NCBI RefSeq assembly: GCF_035084215.1
Contig: NW_027139442.1
Span: 4,464,001 to 4,528,000, forward strand
Reading direction: 5' to 3'
Source of the DNA: Heptranchias perlo
Taxonomy: Eukaryota
DNA: 64,000 nucleotides
The notes under the pieces were generated by a model. The model worked only from the letters and a program-made list of their open reading frames with translations, made no database searches and had not been told where the DNA came from. The translations under genes were made by a program, and so were the position numbers. Of the stretch, positions 63,690-64,000 are shown one piece after another (the stretch's first letter is position 1; each line of letters begins with the position of its first letter).

Positions 63690-64000
63690 AAGGATAATTA
63701 AAGAGATGGGGCAGGCGCTCTGTGAGCTCCGTGAACCTGTCTTCAGTAGTTCAATAAAGTTAGGGAAAGTTGCCTTAGACTGGAAGTTAGCCCATGTAGT
63801 TCATGTTTTCAAAAAATGGGTCAAATGAGAGCCAGCGAACAACAGGCCCATCGGCCTGACATCCATTATCAGGAAAATACTAGAAGGAATCGTAAGAGGT
63901 GTCCTTCGTGATCACTGGGAAAGAGAAGGGGCCATTAGACATCTACAACACGGCTTCCTGGAAAGTAAGTCGTGCCTTACAAATTTGATTGAGTTTTTTG
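63690..64000 (+). mobile_element. CR1 LINE RT fragment, cut by window end
   Basis: 'DWKLAHVVHVFKK', 'caacacggcttcctg..tcgtgccttacaaatttgattgag'. Confidence 0.8.

Overview
Repeat-rich vertebrate genomic DNA, very likely from a cartilaginous fish (inferred from CR1 LINEs with an esterase ORF1, Deu-domain SINEs, Penelope fragments and GPR139-like receptors). Host genes: (i) a tandem + strand cluster of three divergent class A GPCRs of the GPR139/GPR142-like type. Two are complete two-exon genes with a shared TATA promoter motif; the third (43545-44443) has an intact main exon but no first exon that I could find. (ii) On the - strand, the 3' part of an LRC/LILR-like Ig receptor gene: three Ig exons, a transmembrane exon with an N-terminal Arg, and a short tail with no visible ITIM. 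Between the two gene groups lie four decayed tRNA genes (Thr, Gly, Ala, Ala). The rest is nested CR1/L2 LINEs, SINEs, an endogenous-retrovirus pol remnant, a solo LTR with TSD, Penelope fragments carrying minimal hammerhead ribozyme motifs (one as a 94-bp palindrome), palindromic MITE-like elements and eight unrelated minisatellites. All calls were read by eye; repeat boundaries are approximate and family names are recalled, not searched.
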